DNA of 64,000 nt from Bacteroidia bacterium (GCA_030427865.1 JAUICK010000007.1:76831-140830); one strand, 5' to 3'; positions 1 through 10,420 are shown, counted from the first letter of the stretch. A program made the numbers and translations. The notes: generated by a model not told the origin, from the sequence alone.

Positions 1-29
1 TTAAATAGATACATAAATAATATTTATCC

Positions 30-60
30 AAACCGTAATCTTTTCGATTACGGTTTTTTT
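30..60 (+). terminator. Intrinsic terminator of an upstream gene
   Basis: Hairpin AAACCGTAATC-ttttc-GATTACGGTTT followed by a T-run. Confidence 0.8.
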
Positions 61-71
61 ATTTTTACAGT

Positions 72-953
72 ATGGCAAAAATATTAATTACTGGCGGTAC
101 AGGTTTAGTGGGCAAACATCTTACACAATTATTACTTAAAAAAAATCATGAAGTAAGAATATTAACAAGAACTCCGAATAATAACAACGAGTTTAAGTGG
201 GATATTGCAAACAATTATGTAGATGAAAAAGCTTTTAAAAACATTGATTATATAGTTCATTTAGCTGGAGCTGGAATTGCAGATAAAAAATGGACTAATG
301 AAAGAAAAAAAGTGATTGTAAGTAGTAGAGTTGAATCTGCAAACTTAATATTTAGAAAAATTACTGAATTAAATGCAAATTTAAAAGGATTTATTTCTGC
401 ATCTGCAACAGGATATTACGGAGCCTTAACTTCTGACACTATTTTTACAGAAGATAACAATGCGGCAAATGATTTTTTAGGAAAGGTTTGTTTTGCTTGG
501 GAAAATGCAGCCCACCAATTTAAAACCATACAAATACCTGTAACCATTCTAAGAACAGGAATTGTGTTAACTAAAAAAGGTGGCGCTTTAGAAAAAATGA
601 AGACTCCCATAATATCTCCTTTAGGTTCTGGAAATCAATATATTTCTTGGATACATATTGATGATTTATGCAACTTATATCTTTTAGCTATAGAAAACAA
701 TTTAAAAGGAGTTTTTAATGCTGTTGCCCCAGAATTTCATACAAGTAAATCTTTTTCAAAAATTTTAGCAAAAGTGCTAAAACGTCCTTTTTTACCTCTT
801 AATGTTCCTTCTTTTTTATTAAAACTTTTTTTTGGAAATATGGCTATTATTTTACTCGAAGGCTCAAGAGTGTCATCAAAAAAAATCGAAAAGAATGGGA
901 GATATTCTTTTCGATTTTCTAAGCTAGAAAAAGCTTTAATCAATTTAAAATAA
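72..953 (+). CDS. TIGR01777 family NAD-dependent epimerase/oxidoreductase (YfcH-like)
   Basis: ILITGGTGLVG Rossmann motif, HLAGAGIA, SASATGYYG, WIHIDD, VNAVAP-like motif. Confidence 0.9.
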   Translation: MAKILITGGTGLVGKHLTQLLLKKNHEVRILTRTPNNNNEFKWDIANNYVDEKAFKNIDYIVHLAGAGIADKKWTNERKKVIVSSRVESANLIFRKITELNANLKGFISASATGYYGALTSDTIFTEDNNAANDFLGKVCFAWENAAHQFKTIQIPVTILRTGIVLTKKGGALEKMKTPIISPLGSGNQYISWIHIDDLCNLYLLAIENNLKGVFNAVAPEFHTSKSFSKILAKVLKRPFLPLNVPSFLLKLFFGNMAIILLEGSRVSSKKIEKNGRYSFRFSKLEKALINLK

Positions 954-955
954 AC

Positions 956-1405
956 CTATTTTAAATCGGTTTCTTTCATTTTTCCAAGCCAAGTTCTTCC
1001 TCCAAGTGTAGATTTATAATAAATATAATTTTTTTCTACTTTAGTAATTTCTATTTTCATCTTTGTGCCTCTTTTAAAAGGAAAATTTGGCAGATTAAAG
1101 TCTTCTATGGTAACATAAACTAAATCTTCTGCTACCCAGAAAAGTTTAGATTTTATAAAATGCTTTCTGTTATTATGAAACTCGTAATGTTCATTTCCTT
1201 TAAAAATAACATCTACATTTCCTCCATCATATTGATAACTATAGGTATTATCTTTTACCAAAGGCTGACCTTTAAATTCTTTTGCATCTTTATCTATAAA
1301 GTTTAAAGAGGTTGGGTTTAATGTCATTAAATAATCTTGAGCATTTACATAAATTGCAAATAATAAAATAAGTGTTAAGAATAATTTGTTTTTAAAATTT
1401 TTCAT
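956..1405 (-). CDS. Hypothetical secreted protein
   Basis: 149 aa ORF with N-terminal signal peptide ending VNA-Q. Confidence 0.7.
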   Translation of the reverse strand: MKNFKNKLFLTLILLFAIYVNAQDYLMTLNPTSLNFIDKDAKEFKGQPLVKDNTYSYQYDGGNVDVIFKGNEHYEFHNNRKHFIKSKLFWVAEDLVYVTIEDFNLPNFPFKRGTKMKIEITKVEKNYIYYKSTLGGRTWLGKMKETDLK

Positions 1406-1460
1406 GTTTTTAAAATTTAGGGGTTAATTTAATATTTAGGGAATTTTTATTTTTTGAAGA

Positions 1461-1631
1461 TTAAAAACCTTCACCTGGTTTTTCTAATGATGAAGCTTGA
1501 GCAGCCATAGGGCTTAAAAGAATAAATGTTCCTAAAGCAGTTAGTGCTGTATATTTGCCATAATTACCGATTTTTTTAAGAGCTTCTTTCCTTGAAATTT
1601 CGATCTCTTCTCTATTTATTTTTTGTTTCAT
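1461..1631 (-). CDS. Small 56-aa Tat-signal-like peptide (absent from the ORF track)
   Basis: Manual translation MKQKINREEIEISRKEALKKIGNYGKYTALTALGTFILLSPMAAQASSLEKPGEGF*; ATG at 1631, TAA at 1461-1463; fills the gap between two co-oriented genes. Confidence 0.75.
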   Translation of the reverse strand: MKQKINREEIEISRKEALKKIGNYGKYTALTALGTFILLSPMAAQASSLEKPGEGF

Positions 1632-1647
1632 TTTTTAAAGTTAAGGG

Positions 1648-4600
1648 TTACTCTAAAATTATTTTTTTTCTTATTTTTTTACTATCAGATTTAACTTCTA
1701 TAAAATAAACTCCTGATTTTAAGTTAGGCAGTTTAATTTCTTGTACTTGTTGTTCTAATAAGTTTTGATTAAAAACTACTTTTCCTAAAATTGATATTAC
1801 TTTTAAAGTAGCTTTTAAGGTATTAATACCAATTACTTTTACAGAGTTTTTTTCTGTTTTGTAAATTTTTATTGCAGTTTTATTTATAAAACTTTCTGAA
1901 GTTAGCGTTTCAGATGTTGTGTGGAGGTAAAATCGTTTACCATCTTCTATATCTTCTACAACTGTTATGCTATATGCAGAGTTGTTTTCATCAATTCTTA
2001 CAAAAACATTTTCTTCTTTATCTTCTAAGTATACTTTTATTCCGTTAGGAATATTTTTAAAATCTGCAGTAAAAGTAATTTCAGAATCTTTTTTTGCATT
2101 TACTCCAACAGGAACAACCATAGTATTAAAATTATTGTCTGGAAGTGCTTGTAAAGCATATTTAGTATCATCATCTCCAATTACTAAATGAGTATATAAA
2201 CTAAACGAAGAGCTATTTGCATTAAACAAACCTGCATCATAGCCCTCATCTAAGCCAATAGTAGTCCCAGTAATATATTTAATATCTGTACTTTTTTCAC
2301 TTGCTCCATTATTAACTTTTAGTTTAATTTCAAACCTATCTGAGTTTCCTCTTAAAAAATAATCTCCAGTTTGATGGCTCTGCATATTTTCATTTATTAC
2401 TACATTTCCATTAGAATTTACTTTAACAAAATAACCTTGACCTGGAGCTAAGTATTTTTCATCTGAAGCATTATTTATAGGTTTGTATGATTTTGATACT
2501 GTATCCCAGAAATAAATCGCTTTAAAACCAGATTGTAGAATAGAAAAATTTACATCTAAAATATTATTTACATTGTCTGCTAAGTCATTAACATTTATAA
2601 AATTAGGGTAAGGGTTACCTATTAAATTCCAACCATTAGAACCAATAGTAACATTTTTTGAAACATTATTTGTATTTACGCTTCCTGTAAAAGTGGTATT
2701 GTCTGCTGTAGATAATCTAATAGAATGTCCCATACCTGAAACAAAATTACCAGATGTAGTAGTTCCGTTTTGATAATATTCCCAACCTGGAGTAACATTA
2801 TTATATGTACCTAACCCTCTATTATTTCCAGAACCAACTGCTAAAGGATTTGCTGATGCAAAAGCATCGATATCTTGATTTTCAACAGGACTTGATATTA
2901 AATGCCAATTTGAATTGTCTTTAATATATCTATTATAAGTAATATTACCTGTTGAATTTCCTTGTACAATTAAAGAACCACTTTGTGTAGCATTAGAGTT
3001 AACATTAATAGCTCCTGTAGTAGTTAAATTGCCTGTAATTGTAATAGATTTCCCTGAACTAATATTTAAAGTTCCTGCTACAGAAACATTACTTACAGTA
3101 ATATTTTCCATATTTAAATTTGCTGTTTTTCCAGAAGGTATAGAAATATTATCTGTAGCCATTGGAAGTCTTCCTAAACTCCAATTAGATATAGTAGCCC
3201 AATTACCTGAATTAGCAGTAAAACTATTAGTTACAGGATCATTATTTATAGTTATAGAAACCTCTTTCTTATAATAATCTCCAACATTTAAAGCAACATA
3301 TGCAACTGTATAGGTACCTGTTGATGAAGCAGAAACGTCTATTTGCCCTGTTGATGAATTTATCGATAATCCAGAAGTGCTTGAAAAAGTTCCGCCAGAA
3401 ATTCCAGAAATTGTTGGTGTTGGGTCTATTCCAAAAGTTGAATAACTACTTGAATCATAAGTAAATTTTGAAAAATCATTATAATGCAACTCTATAAAAT
3501 TTTCTATAACCTTAGCATAATCTCTCGAAAAATAAGGTATAGTTGCACTTCTTGAGTCAGATCTACCATAAACAGAGGTATATGCAGATCCTAGATCTCT
3601 TACTCTTCTGTTTACCTCTGTCATAATACCATCTATGGTACCTCCTCCTCCATTTACAGAACCTCCTCCACCAACAACTGAGTTTGCTGTACCAATGTTT
3701 CCTGAACCATGTCTTATATTACTGTAATAATCACCTGCAAAGTAAGAGTTGTTTCCGGGGTTTGTGTCATCACAAGAACCTTGATCCGAGCCCGTTTTAA
3801 TATGACTCGGAACGGTTCTATACCCCACGCCTCTACTACATCCAGCATGCCCTAAAGCTGCATATTCTGTACCACCAGTGGTTTGCATTAATCCTCCAAA
3901 ACTTTCTGCACCTCTAATTAAGTCTTCGAATGTTAAGTTTTGGATGTTATTACTTATTAAATTTTTTATTGTAACTTTAGATAATTCTGATGCATTTGTA
4001 GCTGTATTATTTAAGTCTTCATCAAAAGAACTACTGCTTAAATTATAGCCTGCCTCTATTCTTGGAATAGAATGACTTTGTCCATGCAAATCTATATATA
4101 ACCCTTTTCCAAATTTACTTGTTACATCTGCGCTTGCTTGGTCTATAAACCCATGGTAAGCATCAAAATATGGTTCAGCAGAAGAGTTTCCACAAGTAGC
4201 TATACTTTTATTTCTATTTGGGTCTAATTTATTTCTTCTTAAATTATTGATTATTATATAGGGATATACTCCAAATTCATCATAACATTTCTTTTGAATT
4301 TCTCTAATTAGAACATCAGTATTGTCATCCATTTCTCCAGTTCCACAACCTCTTGTTGCAAGTTCGCTTCCTGTTAAAGTTCCTCCATGAGGTGCAGAAA
4401 TAATTACTGGCATTGTACCTGGTATGTATTCTATATATTTTTTTGATGCATTGTAATAAGTAGAAGCTACAATTCTAACAGTATATGTATATACTTTTGG
4501 GCAACTTCCGTTTGTTGTATAAGAAACTGTATAAAACCCTGGTGTAGAATCAGATACATCTATTAAACCAGTAGAAGCATTTATGCTTAAACCAGATGTT

Positions 4601-5358
4601 GATGAAAATATCCCGCTTTGACCTGTTGTTGTTGGAGATATATCTGTATCATTTTGAGTGGCAAAAGAAAAAGTATAAGCAAAAGTTGCAACGTCTCCAT
4701 CTGTAATAGATACATTTACTGTAGCACTATTTTGATCAGGAGCAGTTGTTGTATAAGTAACCACATAATTACCCAATGTAGAAGCTGAAAGGTCTATTTG
4801 TCCTGTAGTTGAATTTAACGCTAAACCAGATGTAGATGAAAATGTGCCTCCAGTTTCTCCTGTAATAGTTGGTGTAGGGTCTGATTCTGATTGGCAATAA
4901 CCAGATTTAGAATAACTAAAAGAGGCGTCATCTAATGAATCTATGGTTAATGAATAATCGAATGTAATTTCTGTATTTGCGCTTGCATTGTTTGAAAAAT
5001 CTCCATTAAAACTAAACTCTTCTGTTCCTTCTACAAATATTTTACCATAAGAACCTGTTCCATTCCAATCATCTCCGTAATTATCATAAACTCTAACTGT
5101 GTAGGTTCCGTTTGGAAGACTTACAGTATTTGAATTTTTATTTAAATAAGAAGTATTTGAACCGTTGCCATAATTGTGATCGATAGAGAGAACAACAGTA
5201 TTGGATGAGTTAATAATCTCCATTTTGTTCTCTCCAGAATAGTTTACCCAATTTACATTAATGTAAACATCTGATTGAGAAAATATTGAAAATGTTACCG
5301 AAAAAAATATTAAGACGATTGTTAATCTTAAAAAATTGTAGGGAAATTTTTTAATCAT
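1648..5358 (-). CDS. T9SS type-A sorting domain protein with an N-formylglutamate amidohydrolase-like domain and three Ser/Thr-rich repeats
   Basis: Signal peptide; PVIISAPHGG / LDPNR / IDLHG motifs; WHLISSPV and WNLIGNPY modules; C-terminal LPNLKSGVYFIEVK..KKIILE sorting domain. Confidence 0.85.
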   Translation of the reverse strand: MIKKFPYNFLRLTIVLIFFSVTFSIFSQSDVYINVNWVNYSGENKMEIINSSNTVVLSIDHNYGNGSNTSYLNKNSNTVSLPNGTYTVRVYDNYGDDWNGTGSYGKIFVEGTEEFSFNGDFSNNASANTEITFDYSLTIDSLDDASFSYSKSGYCQSESDPTPTITGETGGTFSSTSGLALNSTTGQIDLSASTLGNYVVTYTTTAPDQNSATVNVSITDGDVATFAYTFSFATQNDTDISPTTTGQSGIFSSTSGLSINASTGLIDVSDSTPGFYTVSYTTNGSCPKVYTYTVRIVASTYYNASKKYIEYIPGTMPVIISAPHGGTLTGSELATRGCGTGEMDDNTDVLIREIQKKCYDEFGVYPYIIINNLRRNKLDPNRNKSIATCGNSSAEPYFDAYHGFIDQASADVTSKFGKGLYIDLHGQSHSIPRIEAGYNLSSSSFDEDLNNTATNASELSKVTIKNLISNNIQNLTFEDLIRGAESFGGLMQTTGGTEYAALGHAGCSRGVGYRTVPSHIKTGSDQGSCDDTNPGNNSYFAGDYYSNIRHGSGNIGTANSVVGGGGSVNGGGGTIDGIMTEVNRRVRDLGSAYTSVYGRSDSRSATIPYFSRDYAKVIENFIELHYNDFSKFTYDSSSYSTFGIDPTPTISGISGGTFSSTSGLSINSSTGQIDVSASSTGTYTVAYVALNVGDYYKKEVSITINNDPVTNSFTANSGNWATISNWSLGRLPMATDNISIPSGKTANLNMENITVSNVSVAGTLNISSGKSITITGNLTTTGAINVNSNATQSGSLIVQGNSTGNITYNRYIKDNSNWHLISSPVENQDIDAFASANPLAVGSGNNRGLGTYNNVTPGWEYYQNGTTTSGNFVSGMGHSIRLSTADNTTFTGSVNTNNVSKNVTIGSNGWNLIGNPYPNFINVNDLADNVNNILDVNFSILQSGFKAIYFWDTVSKSYKPINNASDEKYLAPGQGYFVKVNSNGNVVINENMQSHQTGDYFLRGNSDRFEIKLKVNNGASEKSTDIKYITGTTIGLDEGYDAGLFNANSSSFSLYTHLVIGDDDTKYALQALPDNNFNTMVVPVGVNAKKDSEITFTADFKNIPNGIKVYLEDKEENVFVRIDENNSAYSITVVEDIEDGKRFYLHTTSETLTSESFINKTAIKIYKTEKNSVKVIGINTLKATLKVISILGKVVFNQNLLEQQVQEIKLPNLKSGVYFIEVKSDSKKIRKKIILE

Positions 5359-5434
5359 TAGTTTAGGGGCAAAAAGAGTATTTAATTAATACTTAACTTT
5401 TAAATTTTAGGGGTTAATTGATTATTAATTTTTC

Positions 5435-5442
5435 CAAATATA
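5435..5442 (-). promoter_or_regulatory. Bacteroidetes housekeeping-sigma -7 box of the T9SS gene
   Basis: TATATTTG on the minus strand matches TAnnTTTG, ~77 nt upstream of the ATG. Confidence 0.55.
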
Positions 5443-5479
5443 TATATTTTTTTTTAAATCAAATAAAAAAATAAAAAAA

Positions 5480-6109
5480 CTAAAAGATAGATTTAATATT
5501 TAATGCTACTTCACTCCAAGTTTTAGAAACACCGTCTGCTCCTTTATGTAAATCTTTACATACTGTATTTAAAGAGTTTAGAGCCTCTACTGCATTCCAT
5601 TTTGTAACATCCATAGTTGCATTCATCATAAAAGTATTTTTTTCTATTGTATAAGAAAAAGGTACTTTATTAGAAACTCCATTCATTTTAATATTGGTAT
5701 AACCTGTAGAATCGTTCTCTAAAACTAACTTACCAGATAACAGTTTTGTATTGTCCATAACTGCAAAAAAGAATTTTTTAATTTTAAAATCTCTGCTTGT
5801 ATCTTTTGTAAAGATACTACTAACTGGTATCGAAAATTCTGTATTATTTATTGCTTCTTTAATTGAATTTCCTTCTCCTCCAGAGTTAATATCGACTTTT
5901 TTAAACTGACCTCCAACTGGTATTTTCTCTGTAGTTTTATAAGCTGTAAAATTAATTTCATTTTTAGCTTTTTTTAATGAAAAAGCAGCTGTACTCTTAT
6001 TTTGATTAACTTTATTCTCTTTGCTATAATCGGGTTTTTTTTCTGATTTACATGCTGAAAAATTAAAAACTAATGCTGTTAGTACTGATAAGATGATTAC
6101 TTTTTTCAT
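5480..6109 (-). CDS. YceI-like lipoprotein
   Basis: Lipobox-like FSAC; FTAYKTTEKIPVGGQF and CKDLHKGADGVSKTWSEV motifs. Confidence 0.8.
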   Translation of the reverse strand: MKKVIILSVLTALVFNFSACKSEKKPDYSKENKVNQNKSTAAFSLKKAKNEINFTAYKTTEKIPVGGQFKKVDINSGGEGNSIKEAINNTEFSIPVSSIFTKDTSRDFKIKKFFFAVMDNTKLLSGKLVLENDSTGYTNIKMNGVSNKVPFSYTIEKNTFMMNATMDVTKWNAVEALNSLNTVCKDLHKGADGVSKTWSEVALNIKSIF

Positions 6110-6111
6110 AA

Positions 6112-6378
6112 TTAATCTGTGTTATTTAAAACTGTATTTGCTAATTTTATATATTCTTTTTTTGCTTCTTCAGATGACATACCATTTAGTTGCATCCAAG
6201 CATTAAATTTAAATGCACTTCTAACGTTTAAATTACTATTTAAAGTAAATTTATTCCCAAAATTAGCTTGTTTGTAATATGCATAAAATTTAAGCATTAC
6301 ATCTGGAGCAATGGCTTTTTTTAATTCTGATATTTTATCAAAAGCTTCGTTAAACTTCTTGTCTAAATCAGTATCCAT
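6112..6378 (-). CDS. Acyl-CoA-binding protein
   Basis: LKFYAYYKQA, KFNAW and EAKKEYI motifs of the ACBP family. Confidence 0.9.
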   Translation of the reverse strand: MDTDLDKKFNEAFDKISELKKAIAPDVMLKFYAYYKQANFGNKFTLNSNLNVRSAFKFNAWMQLNGMSSEEAKKEYIKLANTVLNNTD

Positions 6379-6383
6379 TACTA

Positions 6384-7040
6384 TTACTTTTGGGCAATAA
6401 CTTGTTCTCCTCCTTTTACCTTATCTCCTAAAGTAATATTTAATTTAGTTCCTAAAGGAAGAAATATATCTACTCTTGAGCCGAATTTTATAAACCCAGC
6501 ATCTGTTCCTTGTATAACTTTATCATTTACTTTAGCGTAGTTAACTATTCTTTTTGCTAAAGCTCCAGCTATTTGTCTGTATAAAATATCTCCAAAAGAT
6601 GTGTTATTAACAACAACTGTTGTTCTTTCGTTTTCTGTTGATGCTTTTGGATGCCAAGCAACCAAATATTTTCCAGGATGATATTTACTGTATTTTATGG
6701 TTCCGCTCATAGCGTACCTGGTAACATGTACATTAATTGGCGACATAAAAATTGACACCTGTAGTCTTTTATCTTTAAAATACTCTGGTTCTTCTACTTC
6801 TTCTATAACTACAACTTTACCATCTACAGGAGCAACTAAAACATTGTCATTTAAAGGAGCTACTCTTTTGGGGTTTCTGAAAAACTGTAAAATAATAATT
6901 AAAAAAACAATAATTGTAATTTGAATTGTTTTAACCAACCAAGGAATATCAATAAATTTTTCTGCTAAAATAACACCTACTAAAGATAAAATTAAAGCTG
7001 TAATTATTATTTTATATCCTTCTTTGTGAAAACCAATCAT
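6384..7040 (-). CDS. psd: Phosphatidylserine decarboxylase proenzyme
   Basis: FFRNP, APVDGKV, IFMSPINVH and the FGSRVD self-cleavage motif. Confidence 0.95.
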   Translation of the reverse strand: MIGFHKEGYKIIITALILSLVGVILAEKFIDIPWLVKTIQITIIVFLIIILQFFRNPKRVAPLNDNVLVAPVDGKVVVIEEVEEPEYFKDKRLQVSIFMSPINVHVTRYAMSGTIKYSKYHPGKYLVAWHPKASTENERTTVVVNNTSFGDILYRQIAGALAKRIVNYAKVNDKVIQGTDAGFIKFGSRVDIFLPLGTKLNITLGDKVKGGEQVIAQK

Positions 7041-7042
7041 AC

Positions 7043-7837
7043 TTAAATTATAAAATTAATATACAAATATACAAACGGAGCAACAAACAACAAACTATCT
7101 AATCTATCTAAAATTCCTCCATGACCTGGCATAATATTTCCACTGTCTTTAATATTTGCCTGCCTTTTAAACTTAGACTCTACTAAATCTCCAACAGTAC
7201 CCACAACACTTACTATAATGGCTATAATTAACCAATTTAAAACTGTAAATTCCGTATTAAACTTACTTATTGCAAATGCCGCTAATAAGGCAAAAACTAA
7301 GCCTCCAATAAAACCTTCAATAGTTTTTTTTGGTGATACAGAAACAAATAGTTTATTTTTTCCAAAGTTTTTTCCTACTAAAAATGCAAAACTATCATTA
7401 ACCCAAATCATCACTAAAATACTAATCATTAAATTAGGATGATATTTACCTTTATAGATTGGCAGCAATGCTAAAAATAACATAGAAAAAACAAGGTATC
7501 TGATTAACAAGCCCAATTTTGCTCTGTCGTTTGAGAAAGTAATTTCTTTTTTTGCAAAGAGTTGAAACATTAAATAAAATGAAGATAATAATGTAATTAT
7601 TAAAATTACTTTTATAGCATAGTTTTCTGGTCTTTTTAACATTAAAAATAATGCCAAGGCAAAAAATATATATCCAACAAAGCCTTTAAATTGTATTAGC
7701 TTACTAAATTCCCAAATGCATAAAAAACTAAATAGCGAAATTAAAATTACGTACGATTCTTTTGAAAAAAGAATAGCAGATAAAAATATTAAAACGTAAA
7801 TAATGCCTGAAAAACTCCTTCTTAAAAGGTTGCTCAT
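7043..7837 (-). CDS. cdsA: Phosphatidate cytidylyltransferase
   Basis: SPKKTIEG, GDLVESKFKR, KDSGNIMPGHGGILDRLDS. Confidence 0.95.
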   Translation of the reverse strand: MSNLLRRSFSGIIYVLIFLSAILFSKESYVILISLFSFLCIWEFSKLIQFKGFVGYIFFALALFLMLKRPENYAIKVILIITLLSSFYLMFQLFAKKEITFSNDRAKLGLLIRYLVFSMLFLALLPIYKGKYHPNLMISILVMIWVNDSFAFLVGKNFGKNKLFVSVSPKKTIEGFIGGLVFALLAAFAISKFNTEFTVLNWLIIAIIVSVVGTVGDLVESKFKRQANIKDSGNIMPGHGGILDRLDSLLFVAPFVYLYINFII

Positions 7838-7838
7838 A

Positions 7839-8423
7839 TTATAAATCTTCTAATAGCAGCAAATATAAGTTTTTTGAGTTACTGTTTCCGTAGTTTAAGA
7901 AATTATCGTCATTTTTATCAACTCCATAATTTTTTATGGCAGAGATATTGGTGGGTAATTTCTCTTTGTAATTTATTTTAATACCAGTTAATCCTTGCCC
8001 CATATCTTTAACCAACTGACTCGTAGTGGCATAGACTATAAAGTTTTCGGGCATTTCAGAAAGTTTTATGCTTTTTAACTGGTTTGAAGAAAATAGAATA
8101 TCTCCATTATCTGCAATTAAGTGTTCGCATGTTGTAAACACAGGAGTTGTAGCTTTAAAATCTTTAGATACTTTAAATTCTTTTTTATTTGAAAAAGCAA
8201 CTAAATTATCGTCTAAAAGTGTAACTTCTTTCCAGGAATTTTCAACTAAAATATTCTTTAAATTTTCAGATACTTCTTCATTTTTTAAACAATATAAAAA
8301 TTTACCTCCTTTTTCGACAAAATTATGCACAAAAAGATCATCTAAAGATAGATCTACTTCTTGCTTTTGAATTTCCTTATCCTCTTTTATAGGGATATTG
8401 AATAGTTTCTTAAAAAAATTCAT
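7839..8423 (-). CDS. LUD-domain protein
   Basis: FVEKGGKFLYC, TCEHLIADNG..LFSSNQ; usual position downstream of ftsH. Confidence 0.7.
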   Translation of the reverse strand: MNFFKKLFNIPIKEDKEIQKQEVDLSLDDLFVHNFVEKGGKFLYCLKNEEVSENLKNILVENSWKEVTLLDDNLVAFSNKKEFKVSKDFKATTPVFTTCEHLIADNGDILFSSNQLKSIKLSEMPENFIVYATTSQLVKDMGQGLTGIKINYKEKLPTNISAIKNYGVDKNDDNFLNYGNSNSKNLYLLLLEDL

Positions 8424-8437
8424 TCAATTAAAGATAT

Positions 8438-10420
8438 TTATAATTCTTCAGAATTCTGATTTATTGAGGGAATATCTTTTTTCTCTTCTATTATATTATC
8501 AATTTTTTCTTCAACTTCTTCAAAAGGTCTTTTTCCAAATATTTTTTCTAAATCGTCTTTAAAGATAACTTCTTTTTCTAATAATAGTTCAGCTAAAATA
8601 GTTAATTTCTCTTTATTTTTCTTTAATAGCTCAATTGCTCTTATATATTGAGCTTCTATCATCTTAGAAATTTCTTTATCAATTTTTTGTCCAGTTTCTT
8701 CGCTGTAAGGTTTCACAAAGGCATCATTTCCTGAAGAATCATAGTAAGTAATATTACCCACTTCTTCATTTAAACCATATACAGTAACCATAGCTCTCGC
8801 TTGTTTTGTTACTTTTTCTAAATCGCTTAAAGCCCCTGTAGAAATTTTATCAAAAATAATTTTCTCTGCAGCTCTACCTCCTAAAGTTGCACACATTTCA
8901 TCCAACATTTGTTCAGTTTGCACAATCATTCTTTCTGCTGGTAAATACCAAGCAGCACCTAAAGATTGCCCTCTTGGAACTATTGTTACTTTTACTAATG
9001 GAGCTGCGTGTTCTAACATCCAACTAACAGTTGCATGGCCCGCTTCATGAAAAGCAATTACTTTTTTCTCTTTTGGCGTAATTACCTTATTTTTCTTTTC
9101 TAAACCGCCTACAATTCTATCTACCGCATCTAAAAAATCTTGATGCTCTATCAATTTCTTACTATTTCTTGCCGCAATTAAGGCTGCTTCATTACACATA
9201 TTTGCAATATCAGCACCAGAAAAACCAGGTGTTTGTTGTGCTAAAAATTCTACATTTACATCATCACTTAATTTTAGAGGTTTAATATGTACTTCAAAAA
9301 TCTCTTGACGTTCTTTAATGTCTGGTAAGTCTACATATATTTGACGATCGAAACGTCCTGCACGCATTAAAGCTTTATCTAATACATCTGCTCTATTGGT
9401 TGCTGCAAGAACAATTACATTAGTATCTGTACCAAAACCATCCATCTCAGTAAGCAATTGATTTAATGTATTTTCTCGTTCATCATTACCTCCAGTCATA
9501 CTATTTTTACCACGAGCTCTACCAATAGCATCAATTTCATCAATAAATATTATTGAAGGTGATTTTTGCTGTGCTTGTTTAAATAAGTCTCTTACTCTTG
9601 AAGCTCCTACACCTACAAACATTTCTACAAAATCTGAACCAGATAAAGAGAAAAAAGGAACACCAGCTTCTCCTGCAACTGCCTTAGCCAGTAATGTTTT
9701 TCCAGTTCCTGGAGGACCAACTAATAAAGCTCCTTTCGGAATTTTACCTCCTAAAGAAGTATATTTTTCTGGGCTTTTTAAGAAATCTACAATTTCTTGC
9801 ACTTCTTCTTTTGCTCCTTCTAAACCTGCTACATTCTCGAAAGTAGTTTTAACTTTGGTATCTTTATCAAACAATTTTGCTTTAGATTTTCCAATGTTAA
9901 AAATTTGACCTCCGCCACCACCTCCAGCTCCGCCTCCAGACATTCTTCTCATAAAAAACAACCAAATGGCTATTAATATGATGAATGGAAGAAAACCTAA
10001 AATGGTTTCGAACATACTTGTACGTTCTATATTTTCTTTGTCAAAATCAAGATTTTTTTCTTGTTTTACCTTTTCTATATTGTTTTCAAAGTTTTGTAAA
10101 TCTCCAAAGTTATATTCGAACAAAGATGACCCTTTTGAATAAAAAGCAGAACTTACCATTTTCTTGTAACGTTCTTTACTTAGAGCTTCATCTTTAATAT
10201 AAATTTGTGCTAAATTGTTGTTAACTACCACAATTTTTTTTATGTCATTTTCTCTTAATATTTCATTAAACTCGTTTTTTGAAATATTTTTTGAAGCTAA
10301 ATCTCCACTATTAAAAAATTGAACTGCTATTATTGCAATAAAAATGGCTGCATAAATCCAGTACGCGTTAAACTTAAATTTAGGCATATTTGAATTATTA
10401 TCTTTCTTTGAATCGCTCAT
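8438..10420 (-). CDS. ftsH: ATP-dependent zinc metalloprotease FtsH
   Basis: Walker [19 protein letters not shown] region, HEAGH zinc motif, two N-terminal TM helices. Confidence 0.98.
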   Translation of the reverse strand: MSDSKKDNNSNMPKFKFNAYWIYAAIFIAIIAVQFFNSGDLASKNISKNEFNEILRENDIKKIVVVNNNLAQIYIKDEALSKERYKKMVSSAFYSKGSSLFEYNFGDLQNFENNIEKVKQEKNLDFDKENIERTSMFETILGFLPFIILIAIWLFFMRRMSGGGAGGGGGGQIFNIGKSKAKLFDKDTKVKTTFENVAGLEGAKEEVQEIVDFLKSPEKYTSLGGKIPKGALLVGPPGTGKTLLAKAVAGEAGVPFFSLSGSDFVEMFVGVGASRVRDLFKQAQQKSPSIIFIDEIDAIGRARGKNSMTGGNDERENTLNQLLTEMDGFGTDTNVIVLAATNRADVLDKALMRAGRFDRQIYVDLPDIKERQEIFEVHIKPLKLSDDVNVEFLAQQTPGFSGADIANMCNEAALIAARNSKKLIEHQDFLDAVDRIVGGLEKKNKVITPKEKKVIAFHEAGHATVSWMLEHAAPLVKVTIVPRGQSLGAAWYLPAERMIVQTEQMLDEMCATLGGRAAEKIIFDKISTGALSDLEKVTKQARAMVTVYGLNEEVGNITYYDSSGNDAFVKPYSEETGQKIDKEISKMIEAQYIRAIELLKKNKEKLTILAELLLEKEVIFKDDLEKIFGKRPFEEVEEKIDNIIEEKKDIPSINQNSEEL

